The position numbers and the translations under genes were made by a program. Of a stretch of 64,000 nucleotides of DNA, positions 1 to 32,233 are shown piece after piece. Under the pieces are notes generated by a model, which made no database searches, was not told where the DNA came from, and was given only the letters and a program-made list of their open reading frames with translations. The stretch's first letter is position 1, and every line of letters begins with the position of its first letter. The stretch lies in NCBI GenBank assembly GCA_963693365.1, contig CAVNZM010000018.1, positions 2,146,728 through 2,210,727 on the forward strand, given 5' to 3'. Origin of the DNA: Amoebidium appalachense. Taxonomy: Eukaryota > Protista > Ichthyosporea.

Positions 1-124
<124 letters not shown>

Positions 125-264
125 TGGGGGGGGGGGGGCAAATCAATCCCACAAATAGTGCAAATGGGACCATGAAACACGAAGTTTTCTTTCGGCATGG
201 GCAGCGTGATGTCAACAATTACCATGAATGGCTTTTTCCTAACACGTCCTATTGGTTGGTGCAG

Positions 265-19263
<18,999 letters not shown>

Positions 19264-20244
19264 TGCACCAATCATATAGCTGTTTTTAAACCAGAGTATG
19301 TATAAAATTAACTAGAATACTCATTTATTTGTGCATAATTGGCATAAGTTTGGCATAAAGTTTAAGCAAACGAGCCGTGTAAATTGTATGTGTGATAAGC
19401 CTTGTTTGTGCGCCATATATCTTTTCATTATTGTATCAACAATATGTTCTGTATAGCATAGCCTAACTCAAAGAAACACATTTCATTTCTTTTCTCATCT
19501 CCTGTCGTTATACGGAACAAGGCGCTATTATAGGCTACCGCGCAAGTATGTGCCACTGCCCCGTTTATTTGGCGCTTTTGAGTATTCGGTTAGAAATATG
19601 CCCGGCTGATGATTGTTTCCCAACCATTATATGGTTTTCGTCTTTATCCTTGCGAAAGTATGCAACCAAAAGTGTTGTGATTATATGACGTTTTGTATTC
19701 TTGCGCTCTTTCCCCCTGTAACGATGAAGATATTCCATTCATGTGCGAAAATGTGAATGTGTTGTTGACAAATAATACAGTTTAGTTTCTTGTAAACCAC
19801 ATCCTAAACCCTTGACACGCGCGATATGATAGTTTTCTGTACGATATAGTGAACAGTTTACCTCCCCCATATGTATCAAATTTAGGAAGTGATGTTTATA
19901 TATGCCTTGGGCAGGACGGTGAATAAATGACTTGGGTTTTCTTGGTTTTGAAATCTCTACAATCCAATCACAGTCGCAACTTGATCCCCCCCCCCCCCCC
20001 CCCCCCCCCCCCCGCCGCCCAAAGGCAAAAAAAAAAAAAAAAAAAAAAGGAGAAAAAAGAAAAGAAAAGAAAAACAAGAAGGGCTCGAAACCTCATCCCC
20101 TTTAAAGCTCGCCTCCTATACCCGTCCCCTCCTTTCCCCTCGGTGCATGTTACAGCTCTTACGGAGAGTAGCTATATGCCATGTGTGTGTGGTGGTGATA
20201 GTGTGGTGTGTGCATGCATATATGTGCAGGTGGGGAGAGAGGGT

Positions 20245-20276
<32 letters not shown>

Positions 20277-20344
20277 GCCGGTGGTATACGGTGTTCCTTC
20301 TTGGTGAACGTCGCACATATGCATTATATTAGTACCAGTACGAA

Positions 20345-20437
20345 TACTACAGTTTAAGTAGTACTACAGTTTAAGTAGTACTACAGTTTAAGTAGTTACT
20401 CTACAGTTTAAGTAGTACTACAGTTTAAGTAGTACTA
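20345..20437. repeat. 17-bp tandem repeat (TACTACAGTTTAAGTAG) x~5
   Basis: Read directly; one unit carries a small insertion. Confidence 0.9.
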
Positions 20438-20787
20438 TCAAACCGGTGCACGGGACTCTCAGGACTGAGCCTTGGACGAATTACTACGTATACCGAAACC
20501 GGCGCCTGCCATCATCTTAGCTAAGACTTTTGTAGATCCAGAACACCTTATATAGAGCAGTAGTTATTTGTTGTCAGACTCTCTTTAAATTTATCATTGC
20601 TAGTGGACCGACCATTTTGCAATTTGTAATTATAAGCCTTGCCCGTGGGGTGCTGACCGGGTTGATTTTGTATCCGTATACGAAACCCGGCATAACATAC
20701 ATATCCGCAGCTTTACATTTTGTTACTGTTGCTGCTTGTTGGTTGATTCGTTGGGTAGGTGGTTGGTTGGTTGGTGGTGGTGGTGCA

Positions 20788-20823
<36 letters not shown>

Positions 20824-21153
20824 CCCCCCCCCCACACACACACCAAGATGAACCCCCATCCTTCCCTTCCCGTTGTACCCCATCCGTCCACCCTAAGGAA
20901 TGAATTAGCCCGAGCACAACTCGCATTCTCTATGACCCCACTAGGGCCACCTTTCGCTCTGCATTTCTCACCAAACAAAAAAACCGTTACAGATTTGTTC
21001 ATACCTTGGTATTAAAATATAATTATCCAGGCTAGAGTCGTTCCTCATCTTTCGAGCCCCCCCCTCCCCCCCCCCCCCCCCCCCCCCCCGTGTGTGGGTG
21101 TGCGTGTATGTTTGCAATGGGGAGGGGACTCACACCTTGTTAAACTCAGACCC

Positions 21154-21185
<32 letters not shown>

Positions 21186-21681
21186 AAAAAAAAAAAAAGA
21201 TTGAGATCAACCGGATCGATCATGGGATCGATCGCACTGCGCGCGCCCCACATGTCCCCCCCCCCCCCCCCCCCCCCAACAAACACACACACAAACACAC
21301 ACACTCACACATACGACAACCGCCTCATTTTGCCTTGAACCCTGAACTATCGGTTTGCTTGGCTCACAGCTTTTCAATTTGATGGCCAACTGCAAAAAAC
21401 ATGTGTGCCAGCAAGCAGTCAGCAAGAATGATTGACACAAGCAAACACACATGACACAAGAAGAGAGTGGATAAAATTTAAATTCCAGAGGGGGCTGTGA
21501 GGGAGGCGTAGAGAGGGTGGGAGGGAGGGAGAGAGAGCGTGAAGGAGGGGACGGAGAGCGGGAGGTAGGGAGGTGAGGGAGGGAGGGAGGGAGGGAGAGA
21601 GAGGGGGGGAAGGGATGGAGGGATGGATGGAGGGGGAGGGGGGGGGGGGGGGGGGGGGGGGGGGAGGGAGGGGAGGGGGGG

Positions 21682-22382
21682 TTTTTGAATGCGTCAAAAA
21701 GTACGAAGTACACAAGAACAAACGGATAACACGATGCAGAATGCAAGCCATACATAAAGAGGATGCATAATAAGCAGAGCCCATCCTCAGGGGGGGCCCA
21801 CGTCATCCACAGTACCCGAGTTTCGACCTATTCCCCTCGTTAACGAAACCCAACTCAGATACTGTTTCACTTGAACATGAGTAGGTCACCCGTCTTGATC
21901 AGAGACGAGCAGGGTTGCTTATGCAGGCAAGGGCAGTGGGAAAGGCCGGGGGTTAAAGTTGCAGCAGTAAGCAGAAGCAAGAAAAATATAGATAGGAACT
22001 CAGGAGACGGGGCTTCTAGGAAGCTCCCCCGTCGATACCTAAGTCGATACTTCCCTGGCTAACATACTACACCAGCTGAAAAGAATTAAGTCCCGAAGGC
22101 CGCAGAATTCGCAATCAGAGGGGAAAATATGAGATTTGACCCACGCCGCAGGGTAGTAACACGCTTACTAGGGCGGAACTTTATCGTCTTCGAACGGAAA
22201 GCTATGCCCCCGGATGTCAGCCGGAAATATGGTATCACCCATTGCTTTGGGCTTGAAAAAAGCCAAACCGATAGTCCGAGTTATGTTACGCCGGCGGGTA
22301 ACATGCCGCATGGGTTCCAAGGGAGCTGTCGCCAACAGAGCGGTGTGTGCATGCGTGCGCGTAACGCAATGTGTGAAGTGTG
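21682..22382 (-). mobile_element. Hammerhead-retroelement family 1, copy A (5'-truncated, Penelope-like)
   Basis: ~700 bp nearly identical to 61074-61768. It shares its 3' end (minus strand ...GACGCATTCAA followed by poly-C) with copies at 53836 and 55336, and is flanked by G/C-rich tracts on both sides. Confidence 0.85.
21770..21922 (-). ncRNA. Putative non-circularly permuted hammerhead ribozyme (family 1)
   Basis: Minus strand: GUU triplet 21854-21852, GAAA 21824-21821, CUGAGGA 21790-21784. Stem III ACAGUAUCUGAGU/ACUCGGGUACUGU, stem I GGG/CCC, stem II GACCUA/UAGGUC, closing stem AUAAGCA/UGCUUAU. Confidence 0.65.
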
Positions 22383-22634
22383 GGGGGGGGGGGGGGGGGG
22401 GGGGGGTGGAGAGAGAAAGATAAGAGAGCGAGAGCCTGGGGGAGAGAAAGAGAGAGAGAGGGGGGAAGGGGGGGGGGGGGGGGGGGAGGGAGGGAAGGAA
22501 GGAGGGAGGGAGGGAGGGAGGGGGGGGGGGGGGGGTAGGGAGAGACAGAGAGCAGAGAGAGAGCGGGAAGGAGGAGACGGAGATAGGGAGGTAGGGAGGT
22601 AGGGAGGGAAAGAGAGGAGGGAGGGGGGAGAGAT

Positions 22635-22689
<55 letters not shown>

Positions 22690-23000
22690 AGGGAGAGAGG
22701 GAGGCCGAGAGGAGGGTAAGAGAGTGTAAACGGGGTGAGAGGTAAAGAGAGCCTCCCGAAGGTGAGAGAAGGAGAAGGAGAGGGAGGGAGAGGGGTATGG
22801 AGAGGGAGGGTGAGCGAGAGAGGGTGGGTGCGTGGGCGGGTGGGGGGCAGGAGGGAGGAGATATAACCAAGAGAGAGCGTACCACACACCTAAATACAGC
22901 GCTAGCTAGCAGCTGTTGTTACCAGTAGTGTTCCGACATACAACTCTGTGTTTGTGTGTGGTGATGTGTGTGTGTGTGTGCGTGTTTTTTTTTTTTTTTT

Positions 23001-23050
<50 letters not shown>

Positions 23051-23377
23051 GCTGCTCAGGCCAACAGTTCACGGCAGGGAGTGCCACCTATGACTTCAAA
23101 ACATCAAGAAAGCCCATACGACATCATTGCTATACCCTTGCTGACCTAAAGCCTGAAAGTAACAATAAAAGCCTGCACCCCAATAGACATAGGTGATATC
23201 AATCATGTTGCCATCTATATTAAAAATAAGCAGAAATTTCCATACTAAGTGTGGATGTGGGCATGCTTGCATGCATTCAAGAATTAAACATAACGTCTTA
23301 CAAAAAAACCAGCATTTTTTCGACGTTAACCTGCTAGGACATTTGGCCTATCATCGGATATTCATACATACACACAT

Positions 23378-23414
<37 letters not shown>

Positions 23415-23609
23415 CCCCCCCCTCCCCCTCCCCCCCCAACACACACACACACACCAACAACAACAACAACAAACACACATACACAAAAAAAAAAAAAAAA
23501 AAAAAAAAAGATAAGAAAAAGGGAAAGAGAGAGCCCATCCAAGGTATTGCCCTTGGAAAAGGCTTCACACATCGTATATACCCATTTATGTATACATACA
23601 TACATACAT

Positions 23610-23655
<46 letters not shown>

Positions 23656-24082
23656 TGTACACCTGTCAATCCCCACCCGATATGATATGTACAGTATGCT
23701 AACACAACCCACATTTCCCCCTCCGTTTTTACTAAATATTAGGCTGTGTTATGCCCTCCTTCCCCACCACCCACTTTGAATTTTCGTTCCTAGAGTCCCC
23801 ATCCGCCCCCGAAACTGACCACCTTTCGCATTCAAACCTCTGCTTTTCTGCTCCACCCCTGCCATTACACCCGCGCCTGAGCCGTGCCTAGCCATCCCGT
23901 GATCATTCCTAAATGACGTCATCCACAGCCAATGGGGTGTCCTTGCTGTTGCTCTGTGGGGTCGACTCGACCTGCCTGCTGCTTTGAGGTCAATTATTGG
24001 CATTGTCGTGGCCGTGGGTTGCATGGGGGGGACGTGGTGCCGGTTGGGAATGTGCGTTGGCGGCTGTGTGCGTAACAATAGG

Positions 24083-25081
24083 TCACTGGGTAGGGGTTTT
24101 GATAGCGGGTTCGGTTTTGGTTACTGGTGCAGGGTTGTAAAAGGGTGGGGGCAGAGGGAGTTCGTATCCGTATTCGGTCGGACAGAAGTTGGTTGGGGGC
24201 AGGGGGCCGCGTGGTTCGTTTTGCTGCGCCCATGCAGCCAGTGCGTCTCGATCGTATGCCCGGCCAGCCTCGGTGATTGAAACGAAATAGCCGAGACATT
24301 TCCTAAGCCGAACTGAAGCAGAAGTATCTAGTCGCTGCGCCATAAAGGGGTTGGGTAAACGGGATCTGCGTGTTTGGAAGGAGGCACCTATGCACCCCTC
24401 CTTCTCTGCTTCCACTCTATTCAAATAATCGCTAGGAAGGAAAAAGTTTAGGCGCCACAGTTTCTCTCGCTTTGGAATGTCCAGAGCCCTTATCACCTTG
24501 TCCCTCGCTAGCGCCGCTTCCACTTCTGTTGCGTAGGAGCCGCGGTAACCTTCCATCTTATACTGTAACAGCGCTATCCACGGTTTTTGAATGGAACTGG
24601 TGTGGTAGTACACGCCCTTGTACACTGATGATCGCGTCTTTGTTGTTTTCTTTGCCCACCACTCCTCCACCCAAGCCACATCATCGGCTGTTGGCTTAAA
24701 TTTGCGCAGATTCCCGAGACTAACATTTTTGAAATCCAGGTGTCTGTGAGGAAACACCCCTTTCTGCACCAAATAATCCATCGCTACATCCCGCTGGCGT
24801 GCAGCCATATGGATGTTGTCGTAGGATCCCACAAAAAATCTTCCTGCCCAAGCCCTCCACTTTCCCATGCTAATATCACATGTTACTCCACGGTAGAGCT
24901 GGCGTGTGTCTTTCACATTTCGGGTCGAGAAAGTACAAACGGGCATGCCGAGTGTCTGAGAGCCGTGCGCCGTTGCCTGCTGGGCCTTCCTTGAGTTACG
25001 GGGTAAAAGTGGAAATGCCTTTATATTGCCAGGGTGATTATTGAGTTCCAAGATGAAGCCAATCGTATGTGTTAACGCACC
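24083..25081 (-). CDS. AP2/ERF-like DNA-binding domain protein (three AP2-like repeats), large terminal exon
   Basis: 322-aa non-repetitive ORF containing [57 protein letters not shown] and [28 protein letters not shown]. In-frame acceptor at 25082-25083. A phase-compatible upstream exon lies at ~25497-25586, with probably more up to ~27600 (not resolved). Confidence 0.75.
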   Translation of the reverse strand, partial: GALTHTIGFILELNNHPGNIKAFPLLPRNSRKAQQATAHGSQTLGMPVCTFSTRNVKDTRQLYRGVTCDISMGKWRAWAGRFFVGSYDNIHMAARQRDVAMDYLVQKGVFPHRHLDFKNVSLGNLRKFKPTADDVAWVEEWWAKKTTKTRSSVYKGVYYHTSSIQKPWIALLQYKMEGYRGSYATEVEAALARDKVIRALDIPKREKLWRLNFFLPSDYLNRVEAEKEGCIGASFQTRRSRLPNPFMAQRLDTSASVRLRKCLGYFVSITEAGRAYDRDALAAWAQQNEPRGPLPPTNFCPTEYGYELPLPPPFYNPAPVTKTEPAIKTPTQ

Positions 25082-25145
25082 TGCACCTGATCCTTACAAT
25101 CATTTGTTTGCTTCAATCCGTAAGCGCTTTTTTTTTATTTTTTAT

Positions 25146-25208
<63 letters not shown>

Positions 25209-25264
25209 TGGTGGTGGTGGTGGTGGTCCCTTTTTTCTTTTTCTTTCTTTTTTTTTTTTTTGGT

Positions 25265-25299
<35 letters not shown>

Positions 25300-25373
25300 A
25301 GGGGGGGGAGTGTGCATGTAGTGTGTGCATGTGTGCGCGTGTCTGACAATGTGATCTTTTCCGTGTCTTTATG

Positions 25374-25416
<43 letters not shown>

Positions 25417-25444
25417 TGGTGGTGGTGGTGGTGGTGGTGGGGAA

Positions 25445-25478
<34 letters not shown>

Positions 25479-26341
25479 TTAATTTTAAGCACATACCTTT
25501 ACAAACATTCCAAAGGGAGAGGGTTGACCGAGGAGTGCCTGCACATGCTGGACTCCGGACAAAGTAGGTGGTGTGGATTTGAGTCCTGAGCCAAATTGGG
25601 TAAGAGGAGTCCTCCCCCCCCCCCCCCTCCCCCCCCCCCCCTCTCCCCCTCCCCCCCACACACCCTTTTTTCTTGTGTACATGGGCAAAATGTATGGGCC
25701 ATTTGTCAATGCTTGTCTGATAATTCTGCATACGCTCATGTGTGTCATGCGAGTCTGTGCTTCTGGTTGGTGGGCAGGCAAGCAAGACCCTGTTGATATA
25801 CACACACACTGGGAATACACCAATATGCTCTCCTCATTCGCTGTGCATTTCACAAACACACACTCTAGTGCATAAGAAAATAATACAGGATGTTAAAAGC
25901 AGGAGACGAATAAAGTTAGCATGTCACTAGAGCGTTCACGGGGGAAAAAAACACATAAAGACATATCCCTTGACACACCACCACCCACCTCTCCCCTGGA
26001 CCACTGCGTGGAGTGACCGTTTACTCATCGACAGGACAGTTTTGGAGGTGACGTCACCCATGCATGTTGATTGGCCGCTGGATACTGCAGCCAAATGGAT
26101 TCTCTGTTGGAGCAAAGTAAGCTAGCTAGAATTTTCGAACCCTTGTGCGACAAGGTGAGAAAATGATAGAGGCGGCACTGTGTGGGGTATAGACTAATTA
26201 TAGCTTGTTAATGAGGATGTTTCAGTGGGAATAGATGGGGCAGATGGGGATCATATGGAGCTATATCTGTGCGAAAGGTGATATGTGTGCATGTGTGTGT
26301 GTGTGCGTGTGCACCGATGCGGATGTGTGTCTGTGTGTATA

Positions 26342-26376
<35 letters not shown>

Positions 26377-27347
26377 TCCATATGTAAGAAAGTGCAACAG
26401 GTGCGCTCTTGTTTGTGTGTAAGTGTCTCACCGCCACTGCACGTTTACTTGCTACACATGAGTGGCTGTTTGGATGCATGGTTGTCCAATGTATCTTACT
26501 GTACCGTACCTGACTCACACATTATACTTGTTTGCATGTATGAATGTGAAGATATCTGCAACTTTTTACACCCCCTGATGAAAGAAATCAAAACCTGCCA
26601 ACCTTTTCAAACTACCGGAATCTTCCTCTCTAAAAGGTTTGCAAATACGAGCTGCCAGCTGCAGGTGCTGGTCAGAAAGGGGGAGTGGCAATGAGCGAGG
26701 GAGGCTGGGCTGGACAGGAGTTACCGAGGTGGGAGGGGTGTGTGTAAGGTGTGTGTGTGTGCGGGTGGGGGGAGGGAGGGAGGGGGGGACGACAGAAGTG
26801 TGTGTGTGTGTGTGTGTGTGTGTATCTGTGTGTGTGTGTGTGTGTGTGAGCGCGCGTGCGTGTGTGCGGGTGTGCGTGCGTGCGTGCGTGTGTGTGTGTG
26901 TGTGTGAAGGGGGCGAGGAAGAGGAGGGGGGGGGGGGGGGAGGGGGGGGGACGGCGACCTTCCCAATCGTGATTGCATGTTTAGAGCCTGAAGCAGCACA
27001 TCGAGGCAAGTGCCTGAACATCATCTCTTGGTAGGCAGTGAAGCCAGCGGCTCAAATCTGCAAGAAGGAGCAAGGGGCCGATGAGAGCCAGCCGAAAGTT
27101 GCTTTACAGGTCTGAAAGCAAGACATGCACACATCCCGTCATATTTTGCCCAGTGGTAGGTATACAACTTCCATATGCTTTCGTTTCTCAACCCGTTATT
27201 TATCTCATTCACGTTGTTAGAGTCTCGTGTATAATATTCCTTTCCAAATACGACTGGTGACTTCTTCGTCTGTAACCCCCTTCCCCTCGCCCCCCTTCTC
27301 TTTCCTTCCCCGCCACAACTCTGGCAGGGCTGGGGGAAGGAGGGGGA

Positions 27348-27386
<39 letters not shown>

Positions 27387-27453
27387 ATAGCGCATGGGCA
27401 TTGGATAGACGTAGAGCGCCAGGGGGAAGGAGGAGGAGGGGGGAGGGAGGGAG

Positions 27454-27499
<46 letters not shown>

Positions 27500-27836
27500 A
27501 GATGACAAGTGCGTGCGTGCGGGGGGGGGGGGGGGGAGGGGAGGGGTGAGGGGGGTCCCCACGGGGAGGGGGGGCCGAGGTGGAAAGCACCACGACTGCC
27601 GCCATCGCAGCTTACATTTCTTTCTGGTGATCTTTTTGGATATAGTTTTCCGCTAGACTGATAGTGAGAGAAAAATGGGCTTATGGTGGTAGAAAGATGG
27701 TAGAGAAATTGAAAGCAACTAGGTACGTATATATTTTTTGTTGGAATATACAACCCCAATATCACCATATTATTCGTGTTTGTGATATATTTACTATGTA
27801 AGCATCCAACAGCGGTGTACGCGTGTTTTCGTCTGG

Positions 27837-27996
27837 CACGTACTGACGGTGCCTGGGCTGCTATGACTTGCCGTTCGCCTCACACCCAGCACGTACTGAC
27901 GGTGCCTGGGCTGCTATGACTTGCCGTTCGCCTCACACCCAGCACGTACTGACGGTGCCTGGGCTGCTATGAACTTGCCGTTCGCCTCACACCCGG
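27837..27996. repeat. ~53-bp tandem repeat x3
   Basis: gcacgtactgacggtgcctgggctgctatgacttgccgttcgcctcacaccca repeated head-to-tail three times. Confidence 0.9.
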
Positions 27997-28398
27997 GCAC
28001 GTTGGCTTTTATGATCACGTACAACAGCCAATCAAAACGTTGTACAATAGATCGGCCAATCGGCGTGTTGTATCACTGTTTAGGGTATGCGTTTCGACCC
28101 GTGAAGGCTTGACCCCACCAAGCCCGAAAATTCAGAAAATTTTGATGGTATTTTTTCAAGCCCCAATTTATTTTGGGTTTCGGGTTATGGTATTTTTCGT
28201 ACCATGTCATTTGGCGGGGCACTGTTTGCGCAATCTAACCTCGGGAGTTGGCTCCGTATCTTGCGGGCATGTCTTATCTAGGGGCGTGCGCGTACGCGCA
28301 GATGTGTGTATGTGATGCGTCGTGTTTTATAATATATATGTGCATATGTGTTTGTGTGGGTTGTCTCTCTCTCTCTCTCTCCTTCTCTCCATATATCT

Positions 28399-28480
<82 letters not shown>

Positions 28481-28484
28481 CCCC

Positions 28485-28516
<32 letters not shown>

Positions 28517-28537
28517 GCTCCCTCCCTCCCTCCCTCT

Positions 28538-28719
<182 letters not shown>

Positions 28720-29029
28720 GTCTGTCTCTCGACTCTCTCTTTCTCTCGGCTCTCTCCCTCCCTTTAGCTCTCTGGAGCTCCCGGGCCCCAGCACAGGTCA
28801 ATCTAACTTGAATAGATGGTGACGCACGCAAAGTGGGACTCAACAACGTTGATAAATAGCATCAGCATTCTCCAGCAATACTATGGCAGAAAGAAATAAA
28901 TAATGGGGCGTACACCCCTCCCATATTTATAAATAAAAAGGTGCACTACCAATAAATTTAGTAATAGTGTGTACCGATTGAAACTTCTGTTTGTCGGACT
29001 CGGGCCCTGGCCGATTCCATGGTGGTGGC

Positions 29030-30078
29030 CTACGATAGCCATATATGGTTATTAAGCATCGTAATGATTGGATTTAACATTTGCTGCTTCTGGCTTCCGG
29101 TTGGCCCCCTGAATGTATCAGGAATTATCTCGAGATCAGGCTGCCTGCAGATGCATGCAGTTTGTGTTACAGTTGCCATGTAGTTGTGCATTGTACTGCT
29201 GACGTTAGGAGCAGAAACACAGTAGGGCTTGTTGCAGTCGTGAAATGGGGCCCAAAATACCTGCGGGCCCCTCCCGGCCTCCTCCTGTTGCAAGTTCAAC
29301 TGGTCAGGCAGACCGTAGATACAGGCAGCTGCAACCTTCACAACGCACTATAGGGGATTTCTTGCCCGTTTTTCTCGGAGGGAAAGTTAATAAACCCGAG
29401 AAAACGGGCATGACAACACACCCACGCCCCTCACGTCAGGTATCCGACCAGGACAAGGAATCAGATTGCTCACCATCACGAATTAGGTCATCCATATATA
29501 AACACCATTAGTTCAAATGACGGAAACGAATCCAGCCCCTTAGCAGATCTAGAAGGGCCTTTTTCCCCTGCACGCACACACAGTGCAAGCAAATCACCCT
29601 CCGAGATTCACACCCCTAATAGAGACCCACACACGACCGCGCCCACAGCCAAATCACCATCCCCCGCAATCACCCCGCCATCAGCCAAACCACCAACCCC
29701 CCAACGCAAATCCACACCCGCAGCCCAAACTTCGACCCCACCACGCAAATCCACACCGGTACCCACAGCCCAACCACCGACCCGTGTGTGTGTGTGTATG
29801 TGTTTGTTTGTGTGAGTGTGAGTGTGTGTGTGTGTGCAGTGTGCGTGCAGTGTATGTGTATGTGTGTGTGTGTGTGTGTGTGTGTACATGATGTGTGTGT
29901 GTGACGGTGTGTACATGTGTATGTGTGTTTGTCAGGGCTGATCAGTACGGGGGACGGGCGTGTACATGTGTGTGTGTATCATGATGTGTGTGTATGCCAT
30001 GATGTTTGATACGGTGTGTGTCAGTGTGTGTGTACGGTGTGTGTCACAGTGTGTGTGTGTGTGTGTGTGTGTGTCTGT

Positions 30079-30146
<68 letters not shown>

Positions 30147-30204
30147 TATGTGTGTGTGCGTCACGGTCACAGTGTGTGTGTGTCACGTGTGTTTGTTTGT
30201 GTGT

Positions 30205-30245
<41 letters not shown>

Positions 30246-30669
30246 TGTTGTGTGTGTGTGTGTTTGTGTGTGTGCGTGTACGTGAGTGTGTGTGTGCATG
30301 TGTGTGTGTGTGTTAACGTGTGTACATATGTGTGTGTGTGTCAGTCAGTCACGGTGGGTGTGTGTTACAGTGTGTGGCGAGCGTGTACGTGTGGTGTGTG
30401 TGGATGGGTGGGTGGGTGTATGTGTGTGTGCTCTGTGTGTGTGTCACGTGTGTGTACTAGTATGGCAGTGTGTGACGGTGTGTGCCGGTGTGTACGCTTG
30501 TACAACACTGTGTGTGTGTGCCACAGTGTCACGTCCGTGAGTATATACCATATGTGTGCCGTGTACATGTGTGTCTGTGTACGTGTGGGCCGGAGTACTA
30601 GCTGTGTGCGTGTCTGTGTACATGTGTGTGTGTGTGTGTGCCACGGTGTGTGAAGGTGTGTGTGTGTGT

Positions 30670-30701
<32 letters not shown>

Positions 30702-30907
30702 CGTTGCCACACGCGCACGAGCGCACACGTGCACGTGCACACACAACTTTTCACACACATGCACACAAACACACACGCGTGGGCACACACACACACACCG
30801 CGCATACAAAAACAAACGGCACCGCACACAGGCACACACGCGCATGCGCACGCACGGGCATACACACACACACACAAGTACACATGCGCACACATCGCGC
30901 GCGCATG

Positions 30908-30938
<31 letters not shown>

Positions 30939-31070
30939 ACATGTACACACACACACGCACACACACACACACACATGTACACACACACACACACACTTTC
31001 ACACACACACACGCACACACACACACACAGTAACACACAGTACGCACACACACATACACACACGAACACA

Positions 31071-31124
<54 letters not shown>

Positions 31125-31156
31125 CACACACACACACACACACAACACACACAAAC

Positions 31157-31193
<37 letters not shown>

Positions 31194-31387
31194 TACAGGC
31201 ACGCACACACATACACGGACGCACACATAGCACACACACACACACACACACCGTGGCACACACGCACACACGTGGCGCCACTACTTTGGAATATCCGTAT
31301 CATTTGATGCCTATATACGTATGATATCATGGTTTACCACATGTGTTGTGTTATAATACGCAGCCATATGCATGGGGGCCGGGCGGG

Positions 31388-31435
<48 letters not shown>

Positions 31436-31708
31436 CTTACCATGTCTTACCATGAAACCTCGGGAAGCTTACCATGAATCGAAATTTTGTTGGTATTTTC
31501 AAATGTTTCTGGGTATTTTTTACCGTAAAAACGGGGTTTATGGTCGGGCTTGGACCCCACCTTGAGGCAACTTTTAAAATTTAAATTTAAAAGCCAATCG
31601 TTGGATAGGTACGAAGCGAAGCAAAATCCGAAATATTGCATGATATTGAGGCAGGCCAGATAGGGCATCACGTCAGCCGCTGGCAGTACCTCAGTGGTGA
31701 CGGTGTTC

Positions 31709-31761
<53 letters not shown>

Positions 31762-32083
31762 CCGCCTGGTATAGAGGCCAATTTATCGACTGTACATGTA
31801 TCATACATGCTAACATGACACAAAACATGACACAAAAAACATGATACATCACTTGATAAAACGTCTAGCTACCTGCATCTACACATACTGATTTACGGAC
31901 ACAAACAGTCGGAGATTCACACATACAGAACATGTACATTGTGGAAATTCTCTCTCTCTCTCTCTCACATGAGGCTCCTCACCGTGCCCACTCCCCTCTG
32001 TCTTTCTCTCTCTTTCTTTCTCTCTCTCTCTCCAAGGCTCTCTCTCTCTCTCTCTCTCTCTCTCGATATCTGTCTCTGTCGAC

Positions 32084-32124
<41 letters not shown>

Positions 32125-32180
32125 GTCTCCCTCTCTCTATCTCTCTCTCTCTTTATCTCTCTCTCTCTCTAGTCTCCCTC

Positions 32181-32233
<53 letters not shown>

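Noticed and set aside
21770-21922. Ordinary type I/II/III or minimal Penelope hammerhead
   Set aside because: No GAAA-C follows CUGANGA within a local stem II, and the stem III partner with the UH triplet lies 5' of GAAA while CUGANGA lies 3', which is incompatible with a circular permutation.
23749-24082. Frameshift or readthrough extension of the AP2 ORF into the downstream 109-aa ORF
   Set aside because: No slippery site is visible, in-frame readthrough stops after ~30 codons, and the only candidate mini-intron (39 nt) leaves the TGA in frame.
27837-27996. Possible CRISPR-like array
   Set aside because: Units are head-to-tail with no unique spacers, the context is eukaryotic and there are no cas genes. 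The same applies to the 42-bp array at 34582 and the TG-interrupted array at 48024.
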